A stretch of 64,000 nt of DNA from Pyrinomonadales bacterium (GTDB lineage: Bacteria; Acidobacteriota; Blastocatellia; Pyrinomonadales; Pyrinomonadaceae), in contig JBBSUG010000024.1 in NCBI GenBank assembly GCA_038235165.1, positions 2,430 to 66,429 on the forward strand, written 5' to 3'. The translations under genes and the position numbers were made by a program. This document shows positions 16,167 to 24,249 of the stretch, one piece after another. The notes below the pieces were generated by a model, which did no database searches, was not told where the DNA came from, and saw only the letters and a program-made list of their open reading frames with translations. The number at the start of each line of letters is the position of its first letter. The first letter of the stretch is position 1.

Positions 16167-16358
16167 TCAAATTCTTTTGACCGACTGCAACCGCCTGTAT
16201 CTGATAATGTATCTGTTACCTGTTACTTTGGAGTGATATGCAGTGACAAAAGATAGTCCTTTGTTCTTTGTATATCACTCTATAACACTTGGTAAGTATC
16301 AGTAAATAAAGGCTTAAAAGATTCCGGTAAACATTTTGTGTAGTCCTTTTCTTCAATA

Positions 16359-17330
16359 TTAAACTTCTTCAATTTTGGACAATTTCCTGACATCAATCGA
16401 AACTGAGTCTCCAGCTTCGGTTTTGTTGTAGAGACTGATAAATTTTGCGTTCCAGATGATTTCCGCCGGTTTGAATGATGTTCGGGTATGAACTGTCTGC
16501 GCGAAATCTTCGTCAATCGCCGTCATCAAAATCAGAATTTCAGCATCCGAATTAACCAATTCCTCGTGCGTGATGCCGTTGAGCGGACTTTCCTCGGTAA
16601 TCGGGTGAACGACCGTCCAGCCGAGCGGGAAGAAAGAAACTTTTTCTCGTTCCAAAACCAACGGCTCGAACCGGCGGACAACCTGCCCGTTTTCAGTAAT
16701 AAATCGTGCCAAGAAAACCTGCGCCGCAACTTCGATCAATTGGCTCGAACGCATATTCACCAGACGGAACATCAACGCCGTTCCGTTTTGGTAGGGAGCG
16801 ATAACGGCTCGTTCGCTGAAGAGGACGCGAGCCGTCGGGCGCGAAAAACGGGCAAAAAACATTCCCGTCACCAGGGCTTGCAACAAAATACTGCTAATTG
16901 ATTCGACCGTCACGAACGAGTTGGCGAGTGTGCCGACCGGTGCGATTGTCCCGTAGCCGATAGTGCCGAAAGTTTCTACGCTGAAAAAAAACGCCCGCAG
17001 AAAATGGCTGGTCATCGGCGGGTCGGTCGTTTCGACGATGGCATTTTCTCCGCACAGCATAAAAATTACGGCGAAAATCACATTGATGCTCAAATAAAGT
17101 CCGACGACCACAACGAGAAATTTCCACCACGACATCGTTAAAAGCAGATGATATAAATTTCTTCCGGCGAAACTTCTCAAACCTTTGCGCCGGACGTTAA
17201 AAGAACCGTCCTGATTGATAAATCGCAGACGGCTCTCGAGGGCGACGACCGAACCGAAGCCGAGATCGCGGTTGACTTCGTTGGCAAAGGCATCATTTGT
17301 AGTCATTTTATCGGGAATTTGATTGTGCAT
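16359..17330 (-). CDS. Inward-rectifier-type potassium channel (KirBac family)
   Basis: Selectivity filter TIGYG in ETFGTIGYGTIAP, two TM helices, and a beta-rich cytoplasmic C-domain. Confidence 0.85.
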   Translation of the reverse strand: MHNQIPDKMTTNDAFANEVNRDLGFGSVVALESRLRFINQDGSFNVRRKGLRSFAGRNLYHLLLTMSWWKFLVVVVGLYLSINVIFAVIFMLCGENAIVETTDPPMTSHFLRAFFFSVETFGTIGYGTIAPVGTLANSFVTVESISSILLQALVTGMFFARFSRPTARVLFSERAVIAPYQNGTALMFRLVNMRSSQLIEVAAQVFLARFITENGQVVRRFEPLVLEREKVSFFPLGWTVVHPITEESPLNGITHEELVNSDAEILILMTAIDEDFAQTVHTRTSFKPAEIIWNAKFISLYNKTEAGDSVSIDVRKLSKIEEV

Positions 17331-17529
17331 CGAAGTTATCGGTATCGCAAATTTTGCTTAATTATAAAATATAACAAATTTCGCGCTCCAAATTCTCTTG
17401 TCAACGGCAAAAATATCTGTTTAAATTTAAAGTCAGGGGAGTTTAATTTTTCAGTAGTGAGAAGCCAGGTTTTTGAGGGCAGGAAAGAAAGTCGGGAAAT
17501 GTTTGACGGAAATCCGCGCGCCCCCGAAA

Positions 17530-17919
17530 TTAGTTTACAAGGGATTTTAGATTAAGCAGTTCTTCGACCGTTTCCGTGAGAATGTCGAGGTCGTTGGGTT
17601 TCACCAGAAACTTTGTCGCGCCCGCGTCGAGCGCATTTTCGCCGTCAACATCGCGTGCCATTCCGGTAAAAAATACAATCGGCGTGATCTGATCGGTTTG
17701 ACGAATCTTTCGGCACAAATCGATACCACTCATTTCAGGCAGCCGAAAGTCGAGAATATACAAATCGAATGCTTTTTCGGCGATCAGTTTTAACGCTTCG
17801 GTTGCGGTTGAAGCCGCCGTCACGCGACATTTTTCATTCGCCGTGTGAACCATCAGTGTAACTAATTCGCAGGAGTCATCGTTATCATCAACACACAGAA
17901 TTTGCCGACAATCATCCAT
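17530..17919 (-). CDS. Stand-alone response regulator receiver protein
   Basis: ILCVDDNDD, phospho-acceptor context DLYILDFRLPEMSG, and FLVKP. Confidence 0.85.
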   Translation of the reverse strand: MDDCRQILCVDDNDDSCELVTLMVHTANEKCRVTAASTATEALKLIAEKAFDLYILDFRLPEMSGIDLCRKIRQTDQITPIVFFTGMARDVDGENALDAGATKFLVKPNDLDILTETVEELLNLKSLVN

Positions 17920-18077
17920 ATTTTTACACAGGAAATTACAGAAACAGATTTATTTTTTTACTAGAAAAAGATAACGAAATTTTATTTTTGACACAGTAAT
18001 TTTTGTTTGTCTGTAATGTATATTACAAATTAACAACACAGTCAAGATAAACTACCGGTCGCATAACTCAGCTAACT

Positions 18078-18896
18078 TCACACCGGTTTTTTACTTTCGA
18101 CGTTTCGCGGGGGTGAAGTCTCTTTTTGATAATCGGGTTTGTTTTGGGATACCGACGAAGCCGGATTAGGTTTCGGCTTGTTGTGGAAATCTTTCACTTC
18201 CTGTGGTTTGAGCCTTCGATAAGCACCTACGGGCAACAATTTATCGCTGATATGTCCGATAGAAATGCGCCGCAATTTGACGACCGAATTGCCGATTATG
18301 TCAAACATTTGGCGAATTTGCTGATTATGACCTTCGTGGAGCGTAATTTCATACCAGCCGTTTTTCTTGGTCGGATTTAGCTCTTTAATCTCGGCAGGGG
18401 CTGTCTTAAAACCGTCTTCGAGAAGAATGCCGCGCCGCAGTTTGTTGATCGCATTCTCGTTCGGTAAACCCTTCACCTTCACATTGTAAACTTTCGGGAT
18501 TTTTTTCGAAGATGCGACAAAATTTGTAAATTTTCCGTCGTTGGTAAGAATTATCAAACCTTCCGTATTGTAATCGAGCCGACCGACCGGGTGAAGTTTT
18601 CCAAACTGGGTTGGAATCAAATCAATTACCAATTTTCTGCCTTCCGGGTCGGCGGCACTCGACAAATAACCTTTCGGTTTATTGAGCAGAAAATAAAGGT
18701 CTTCGCGCTTTTCGAGCAGCGGATTAATCAGTTTGCCGCTCACTTTAATATGATCGGTTTCAGGATTAGCCTTGGTGCCGGGTTCGGTAATAATCTCGCC
18801 GTTGACGGTTACATCGCCGTCCGCAATCATTCGTTCCGCTTTGCGGCGCGAGGCGATACCCGCCTGCGCGATTAGTTTCTGAAGTCTTTCTTCCAT
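18078..18896 (-). CDS. rluB: 23S rRNA pseudouridine synthase, RsuA/RluB family
   Basis: S4 domain (RLQKLIAQAGIASRRKAERMIADGDVTVNG), catalytic GRLDYNTEGLIILTNDG, and a basic C-terminal tail. Confidence 0.85.
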   Translation of the reverse strand: MEERLQKLIAQAGIASRRKAERMIADGDVTVNGEIITEPGTKANPETDHIKVSGKLINPLLEKREDLYFLLNKPKGYLSSAADPEGRKLVIDLIPTQFGKLHPVGRLDYNTEGLIILTNDGKFTNFVASSKKIPKVYNVKVKGLPNENAINKLRRGILLEDGFKTAPAEIKELNPTKKNGWYEITLHEGHNQQIRQMFDIIGNSVVKLRRISIGHISDKLLPVGAYRRLKPQEVKDFHNKPKPNPASSVSQNKPDYQKETSPPRNVESKKPV

Positions 18897-18907
18897 AAGA
18901 AACAATT

Positions 18908-18935
18908 GTAAATGGTAAATGGTTAATGGTAAATA
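18908..18935. repeat. Four tandem heptamers GTAAATG
   Basis: GTAAATG GTAAATG GTTAATG GTAAATA, 12 nt upstream of the rluB start. Confidence 0.8.
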
Positions 18936-18979
18936 CGAAGAAGCGAATTCTGAATTTTTCGTTCATTTATCATTATTCT

Positions 18980-20329
18980 TTATTTCTCTCTCGGCAGCAC
19001 CGGCACGAATTTGTCCATCGAAGCGTTGATCTGCAAGTAAATCTGCGTTTCGCGCGGAATCAAAGTGCGCCAACCAGCCCCGCCGCGACGGATGTAACCG
19101 GCTAACTTTGCAGGATTTGAATTGTAGCCCGCCGACATCAATTCAGCAGGTGTGGCGATGCCGTTTTCAATCGCGTTGTAAATAGTCTCACTGGCAATTA
19201 AATCGCTCCAAGTCATCTGCATATAAAGCAGCATTGCCTCGGCAGCGTTGACGTGATCGCGCATTCCGTCAACAAAATCCGGCATCAGGTTGACGGCGTA
19301 ATACCGCGAACGAATCATCCGGTAGGTCGAAGGAATCATCTGCACCATTCCGCCCGCCCCGGCACTGCTGACCGAATAACGATATGTTTGTCCTTCGTTG
19401 AGAGCGTAAAGCGCAAAAATATCGTTGTAAATAACCGGATGCGCTTCTTTGCGAAAACGAAGATGGTCAACGTGTTCAACCACTGACAACCGCTCGGCAT
19501 TATCCGTCACCTGCGGTGAAATAAAAATACCTTTTCTCCGCAAATTCTCGCGTGCCAGGTCAATCGTATTTCGCACGTAAAGCCGTCCCGCGCTGACGAC
19601 TTCGGGCGTGACGATACCGGCGTGAGTCGAAATATAATAAGCGGTTTCCATATAAACTCCGTCGCGGACGACCGGATACTGTACGAGCAGCGGCAGGTGT
19701 GCGCGGTTTTCCGCGTCAATTACCATCACTGGCGTATTGACACCATTAACGCGAAGGATACGAATTTTAATGAACTTGCCGCCTTCGGTCGTCGTCATAA
19801 GTTCCGCATCGGGCGACAAAAATGCGTCCTTAGTCATCACGGTATAATCAATTTTGGCGGTTTCATAATCGTAAAAAGCCAAACGAACTACTTCAGTCAT
19901 CAAATAATTGGCGGTGATGGCGGTCGAAATCGGACGCGCCGTCATTTGCCGTTTGGCTTCGGCAATTCTCTTTTTGATTTCTTTAAAGCTTAGAGGTTTA
20001 TAAAACACGGGCGGCGGCGGCGTGTTAGCCGCCGGATAAGTTGCCGTGCCGAGATTAACAATATTTTGCAGCGGTGTCGGCACTGGTTTCGCCATTAGTA
20101 CCGGCGTTGACATCGGCATTGGTGTTGAAATCGGGGTTGGGGTTGGTGCCGGCAAATTATCCTTTGTAATCACGACGACATTTTTCGCCGGTGTCGGAGT
20201 TGGTGTCGGTGTCGGATTCATCAAAATACGGCTTCGCGTAAGTTTTTCAGTGGACGTATTCGACTGCGAAAATGCGGAAAAGGGAAGCAGAACGAAGACA
20301 CAGAATCCGATTAAAACTTTTAGTTTCAT
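18980..20329 (-). CDS. Secreted protein with C-terminal lytic-transglycosylase (SLT)-like domain
   Basis: Signal peptide, PTPTPTP linker, and SSAGAGGMVQMIPSTY resembling the SLT GLMQ motif. Confidence 0.5.
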   Translation of the reverse strand: MKLKVLIGFCVFVLLPFSAFSQSNTSTEKLTRSRILMNPTPTPTPTPAKNVVVITKDNLPAPTPTPISTPMPMSTPVLMAKPVPTPLQNIVNLGTATYPAANTPPPPVFYKPLSFKEIKKRIAEAKRQMTARPISTAITANYLMTEVVRLAFYDYETAKIDYTVMTKDAFLSPDAELMTTTEGGKFIKIRILRVNGVNTPVMVIDAENRAHLPLLVQYPVVRDGVYMETAYYISTHAGIVTPEVVSAGRLYVRNTIDLARENLRRKGIFISPQVTDNAERLSVVEHVDHLRFRKEAHPVIYNDIFALYALNEGQTYRYSVSSAGAGGMVQMIPSTYRMIRSRYYAVNLMPDFVDGMRDHVNAAEAMLLYMQMTWSDLIASETIYNAIENGIATPAELMSAGYNSNPAKLAGYIRRGGAGWRTLIPRETQIYLQINASMDKFVPVLPREK

Positions 20330-20574
20330 AATTGTTTTGCAGAGTTTGGAAATTGGCGGCGCGATTGCCGTTGAATATTATTGAAAATGCGAAATACTGG
20401 TGGTTCGCAATTATAAAGATTCGCTTATTAAACAAAAGGTTGTCAAATGATGAGGAATTAATTATAGTTCCAACAAGTTTTCGTTATGGATGGTTTAAGT
20501 TTGTCGTCGCGGTTGAATTACGGTATAAATAAAGTTTTTGTTGTCGGAACTAAAACAACAGGGACAGCTTTATT

Positions 20575-21921
20575 ATGAAAAAATTATTTGGAACGGACGG
20601 AATGCGCGGCGAAGCCGGTGTGTTTCCGCTTGATGAAAACACGATTGAAGTTGTCGGCAATTCACTGGCGCGGCAATTCCGCGAAAAACTCGGCAGGGAA
20701 CCGCGTTTTGTGACCGGGCGCGACACGCGCGAGTCGGGAACGTGGATTGAAACGGCGTTTTCCCGGGGCGCAAATGCTGCCGGCGCACACTGCGAATCCG
20801 CCCAAGTTATCACTACTCCGGGCATTGCCTTTCTGACCCTCAGCAATGATTTTGACGCGGGAATCGTTATCAGCGCGTCGCACAATCCGTTCGCCGACAA
20901 CGGTATCAAAATATTCTCGCCGAGCGGTAGAAAACTCGACGAAGCGACGGAACGGGAAATCGAGAAAGATATTCATAATAATTCCGCGTCTCAGGTTTCA
21001 GGTTCAAATTTCCAGGTTTCGGGTTCCAGAGCCGACCAAATGCAGCAGCAGTATTTAGATCATTTAGCCGGAGAATTCGGGACGCTTTCGCTTGATAAAC
21101 TGAAAATGGTAATGGATTGCGCCAACGGTGCGGCATCTTATCTCGCGCCGGGACTTTTGGCAGGATTAGGCGCAGAAGTTTCCGCTTTTAATTGTCAGCC
21201 AGACGGTCGCAACATCAATGAAAATTGCGGTTCGCTGCATCTCGACAATTTGCAAAAGAAAGTTCTGGAAGAAAAGGCGGATTTTGGGGTGGCGTTCGAC
21301 GGCGATGCCGACCGTGCCTTATTTGTTGATGAAAAAGGGAATTTGGTGGACGGCGACGCAGTTTTGTGGATTATGGCAAATTTTCTGCAATCCAAAAATC
21401 AACTGAATCACCAAACCGTCGTTGCTACCGTGATGAGCAACATCGGGCTGGAAATTGCTCTCAATGCAAAAAATATCACACTGCTGCGAACGGCGGTCGG
21501 TGACAAATACGTTTTACAGGAGCTTCTGCAAACTGATTCGAGCGTCGGCGGCGAGCAGTCGGGACATATTATTTTCCCGAAAAAAAGTTTAGTCGGTGAC
21601 GGGATGATGACGACTCTGTTTCTGCTCGAAGCGATGCGCGAACATAATCAATCATTGTCGCAAATGACGGAGGGATTCACGCAATTTCCGCAGATTTTGG
21701 TCAACGTCAAAGTGAAGGAAAAACATCCTTTCGAGGAAGTTAAAGAAATTGCCGCTGCCGCCGCCGTTGTCGAAAAACAACTCGGCGAAAAGGGTCGTCT
21801 GCTGCTTCGTTATTCGGGAACGGAAAACCTGGCGCGGGTGATGATTGAAGGTGAAAATCAGTCGGAAATCGAAATACAGGCGCATTCATTGGCGGAAGTT
21901 ATCAAAAATAGTTTGAGGTGA
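20575..21921 (+). CDS. glmM: Phosphoglucosamine mutase
   Basis: GTDGMRG, active-site SASHNP, GVAFDGDADR, and GGEQSGH. Confidence 0.95.
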   Translation: MKKLFGTDGMRGEAGVFPLDENTIEVVGNSLARQFREKLGREPRFVTGRDTRESGTWIETAFSRGANAAGAHCESAQVITTPGIAFLTLSNDFDAGIVISASHNPFADNGIKIFSPSGRKLDEATEREIEKDIHNNSASQVSGSNFQVSGSRADQMQQQYLDHLAGEFGTLSLDKLKMVMDCANGAASYLAPGLLAGLGAEVSAFNCQPDGRNINENCGSLHLDNLQKKVLEEKADFGVAFDGDADRALFVDEKGNLVDGDAVLWIMANFLQSKNQLNHQTVVATVMSNIGLEIALNAKNITLLRTAVGDKYVLQELLQTDSSVGGEQSGHIIFPKKSLVGDGMMTTLFLLEAMREHNQSLSQMTEGFTQFPQILVNVKVKEKHPFEEVKEIAAAAAVVEKQLGEKGRLLLRYSGTENLARVMIEGENQSEIEIQAHSLAEVIKNSLR

Positions 21922-21925
21922 AAAT

Positions 21926-22219
21926 ATGTTTGTCGTCCTTTACCGCTGGCGCATCAAACCGCAATTTGAACAGCAGTTTATTGCGGCGTGGTCGGAAATC
22001 TCCGCGAATTATCGGGAAATTTACGGTTCGCTCGGCTCACGACTACATCGCGGGGACGACGGAATTTTCTACAGCTACGCGCAGTGGGAATCCGCCACAC
22101 AGCGCGAAAACGCTTTTGCGAAAATGCCGCGCACCTCTGCCGCCGACAAAATGCGTGAAGCCATCGAAGAATCTTTTTCCGAAGTTTTATTGGAAATAGC
22201 TGCCGATTATTTGAAGTGA
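21926..22219 (+). CDS. ABM-domain (antibiotic biosynthesis monooxygenase-like) protein
   Basis: About 97 aa with a ferredoxin-like pattern and YAQWESATQRENAF. Confidence 0.55.
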   Translation: MFVVLYRWRIKPQFEQQFIAAWSEISANYREIYGSLGSRLHRGDDGIFYSYAQWESATQRENAFAKMPRTSAADKMREAIEESFSEVLLEIAADYLK

Positions 22220-22495
22220 TAAAAAATCACATTTTCACGACTTGTCATCGAAAGAATAAAATTGTATATTTAACCAACTGAAACGATAGGTGAAACCTTC
22301 GTTTCAAGTGGTTGCTGGGGTGAGGACAGTAACTACGAATTGGCAGGTGCGGTACACTTCCACGTTGCTTCGCCTGCTCTTAATTTTAAAACCGCCGTTT
22401 TTCCACTTATATCAATCGAAATAATTTTGACAGCTTGGCGAAAACTCCGGAAGTAAAAACAAACTCATTAATTTTTTCAATATTTTTATTTTTTA

Positions 22496-23080
22496 CTATG
22501 GGCGTTTTTTATTCACAAAATAGATCCGGCACGAACCCGTTACGGGCATATCTTCAAAATCAACATCCAGTGCCTGATGTCCGATGATTACACGATACCA
22601 ACCTGTTTTAGTGAAATATGGTTTTGATTTGTTGTAACCTTCACTGTCTAATTCTTCGCTTGCACCGCGAACTTTTTGCGTATCAAATTCAATATCAGTT
22701 AGTTTTTCGAAATCGTCAGGCGAAATAAACGGGAAATAGTATCTGTCATTTGCCGTCAAAAAGTAAAAATCTCTCGTTTTTTCGTTGTAAATTGCAAAGT
22801 TATGTCCGTGCGACTTCTTAAATGAAATTTTTAAAGTTTCACTACGATATATTTTTTCAGGTGAACAATTTATTATTTCATTTCCTTCTTCTGAATTTTC
22901 ATCATCAATTGCATTTATTTGATTGCTTTTGACATTGACCGTGGGTTCCGCACTAACATTCGTGACTGTCGGTTGAACCGTTGCGGAATATTGATTATTT
23001 ATCCCAGCCGAACGACTCAGATCACAACTGCAAGATAAAATAAAGAAAGTTAAAAACACTATTAAATCTAATATTTTCAT
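22496..23080 (-). CDS. Lipoprotein, hypothetical
   Basis: Lipobox-like FILSC after a hydrophobic N-terminus. AT-rich. Lies 7 nt downstream of the peptidase gene. Confidence 0.6.
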   Translation of the reverse strand: MKILDLIVFLTFFILSCSCDLSRSAGINNQYSATVQPTVTNVSAEPTVNVKSNQINAIDDENSEEGNEIINCSPEKIYRSETLKISFKKSHGHNFAIYNEKTRDFYFLTANDRYYFPFISPDDFEKLTDIEFDTQKVRGASEELDSEGYNKSKPYFTKTGWYRVIIGHQALDVDFEDMPVTGSCRIYFVNKKRP

Positions 23081-23087
23081 AAATCTC

Positions 23088-24065
23088 CTATTTGAACTTT
23101 ATGTGAATGTGCAGCGGTTTAGTTTCTCTTAAAGCTGAAAATCCTGTTACTTCCTTTGCTATTTCCATCATTATCTTTTGATTTGGACCACTCATTGGCA
23201 ATATTCTTGTTGCTATATCACCTACAATTGCAATGTCAATCGCACCTGCCTGTTGATGGTCTGAAAATAGAGTCCCCTTTTCAAAATATTTTTGAATTAC
23301 TTCCGCCATTTTTTGAACAGTTACCGTTTTCGATTCCCCTTTTTTGATTATTGCAAGCATCTCATTGGCTTTCCATCTGCTATATTGACTGAGGATTTTA
23401 TCTCCGCTCATATAAACAATGTACATCGCGGCGGCTTGACGATATGCGCTTCTTATTCCACTGTTGACATTAAATTTTTCTTTCGTTTTCGCAAAATACA
23501 AGGGTCCGATTTTGTCCAGCACGGCAATCGCATCGGCTTCGAGAACAATATTCGCGTCAATTGTATAATATGGACTCGAAGTTGTGCCGTTTGTCTCTGT
23601 CGTTTCGCAAACAGCATTATCTTTGGCGGTCACGGCACTTTTGAATCCTTGAAAGGTAAGTAACCCGATAAGTGCTTGAGTTGCCAGCAGATCACTGTCG
23701 AAATCTATTTTTGCCTCGCCATTCGGAGTCAGACAGACCGGCTTGATCGAACATTTTAATAGATATTCATAGTCTTCACCATCAGGAGTGATGACAACGG
23801 TCGGGAAAAGCATCGAACCCGTGTTCAATATTAAAGGCGGCGGAACGTAAGTTATTCCGCTTGACTTTTTTCGATAAGCGATAAGCGATCAAATAGCCGC
23901 GTTTGTCTCTATGTCGGCAACTCCGGTCTCCCGAAGATTATATGTTCTATCAAACAAATTTGTTCCGTAATTATTCTGCGCCCGGATGAGCATCCACTGA
24001 ATAATCGTCACATCCGGCGGCATGTTTCTGCCGCCTAAGCCGACTGAGTTCGTGATAAAAGCCAT
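23088..24065 (-). pseudogene. LAS/M15-type cell-wall metallopeptidase interrupted by one in-frame TGA (23889-23891)
   Basis: The C-terminal part (23088-23828) has SGIRSAYRQ, SDHQQAGAID (Hx6D) and LHIHIKF (HxH). A 58-aa ORF (23889-24065) lies in the same frame, separated only by the TGA plus 20 sense codons. That N-terminal part weakly resembles a peptidoglycan-binding helical domain. Confidence 0.55.
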
Positions 24066-24249
24066 AATTTTTTTCGTGTAGTTTCAATGATCGTCGTTTA
24101 GAGTATAATTCTACGCCATTGACGTTTGAACAGAATAATTTTTGCACGTAATTAATAACATTCTGTAATCAAATCTTTCAGTCCAGAACAAAAACTGCTT
24201 TTTGTTGTAAATTAGACCTAAACTAATTTTTGAATGTGGAATTGAATAT

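Larger units (their letters stand above)
4722..16211. mobile_element. Integrated ~11.5-kb element (satellite-like or reduced prophage). Boundaries are tentative.
   Basis: Contains integrase, excisionase, Toprim plus P-loop replication proteins, TerS, TerL and an XRE switch. Imperfect direct repeat GTATCTnAnnATGTA at 4722-4736 and 16197-16211. Flanking genes are housekeeping (ribE) and a K+ channel. Confidence 0.7.

Noticed and set aside
4722-16211. Calling the element an intact temperate prophage.
   Set aside because: It is only ~11.5 kb. No ORF resembles a portal, capsid, protease, tail, holin or endolysin. The largest ORF after the terminase is 216 aa.
16488-16901. 137-aa plus-strand ORF.
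   Set aside because: It is antisense to the Kir channel gene and has Arg/Asn-rich nonsense composition.
20046-20230. DNA periodicity (GGTGTCGG-type repeats) on the minus-strand gene.
   Set aside because: It simply encodes the PTPTPTP low-complexity linker of the SLT-like protein.
20992-21026. glmM internal 21-nt tandem duplication (CAGGTTTCAGGTTC / CAGGTTTCGGGTTC) as a relative of the 55144 hairpin through the shared TTTCAGGTTCAA.
   Set aside because: A 12-nt identity is expected many times by chance in 64 kb. The glmM segment has no inverted partner and falls in a normally variable surface loop of similar length in other GlmM proteins.
22272-22380. Assigning the structured spacer to SRP RNA, 6S RNA, tmRNA or a riboswitch.
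   Set aside because: None of the conserved motifs of those families is present, for example the SRP GGAA tetraloop with its symmetric loop, or the tmRNA tag ORF. It is reported only as an unclassified candidate.
23889-23891. Selenocysteine or programmed readthrough at the in-frame TGA of the M15 peptidase.
   Set aside because: I see no convincing SECIS-like hairpin immediately downstream, and the position is a linker rather than a catalytic site. A nonsense mutation or sequencing error is simpler. It is kept only as a possibility in the finding.
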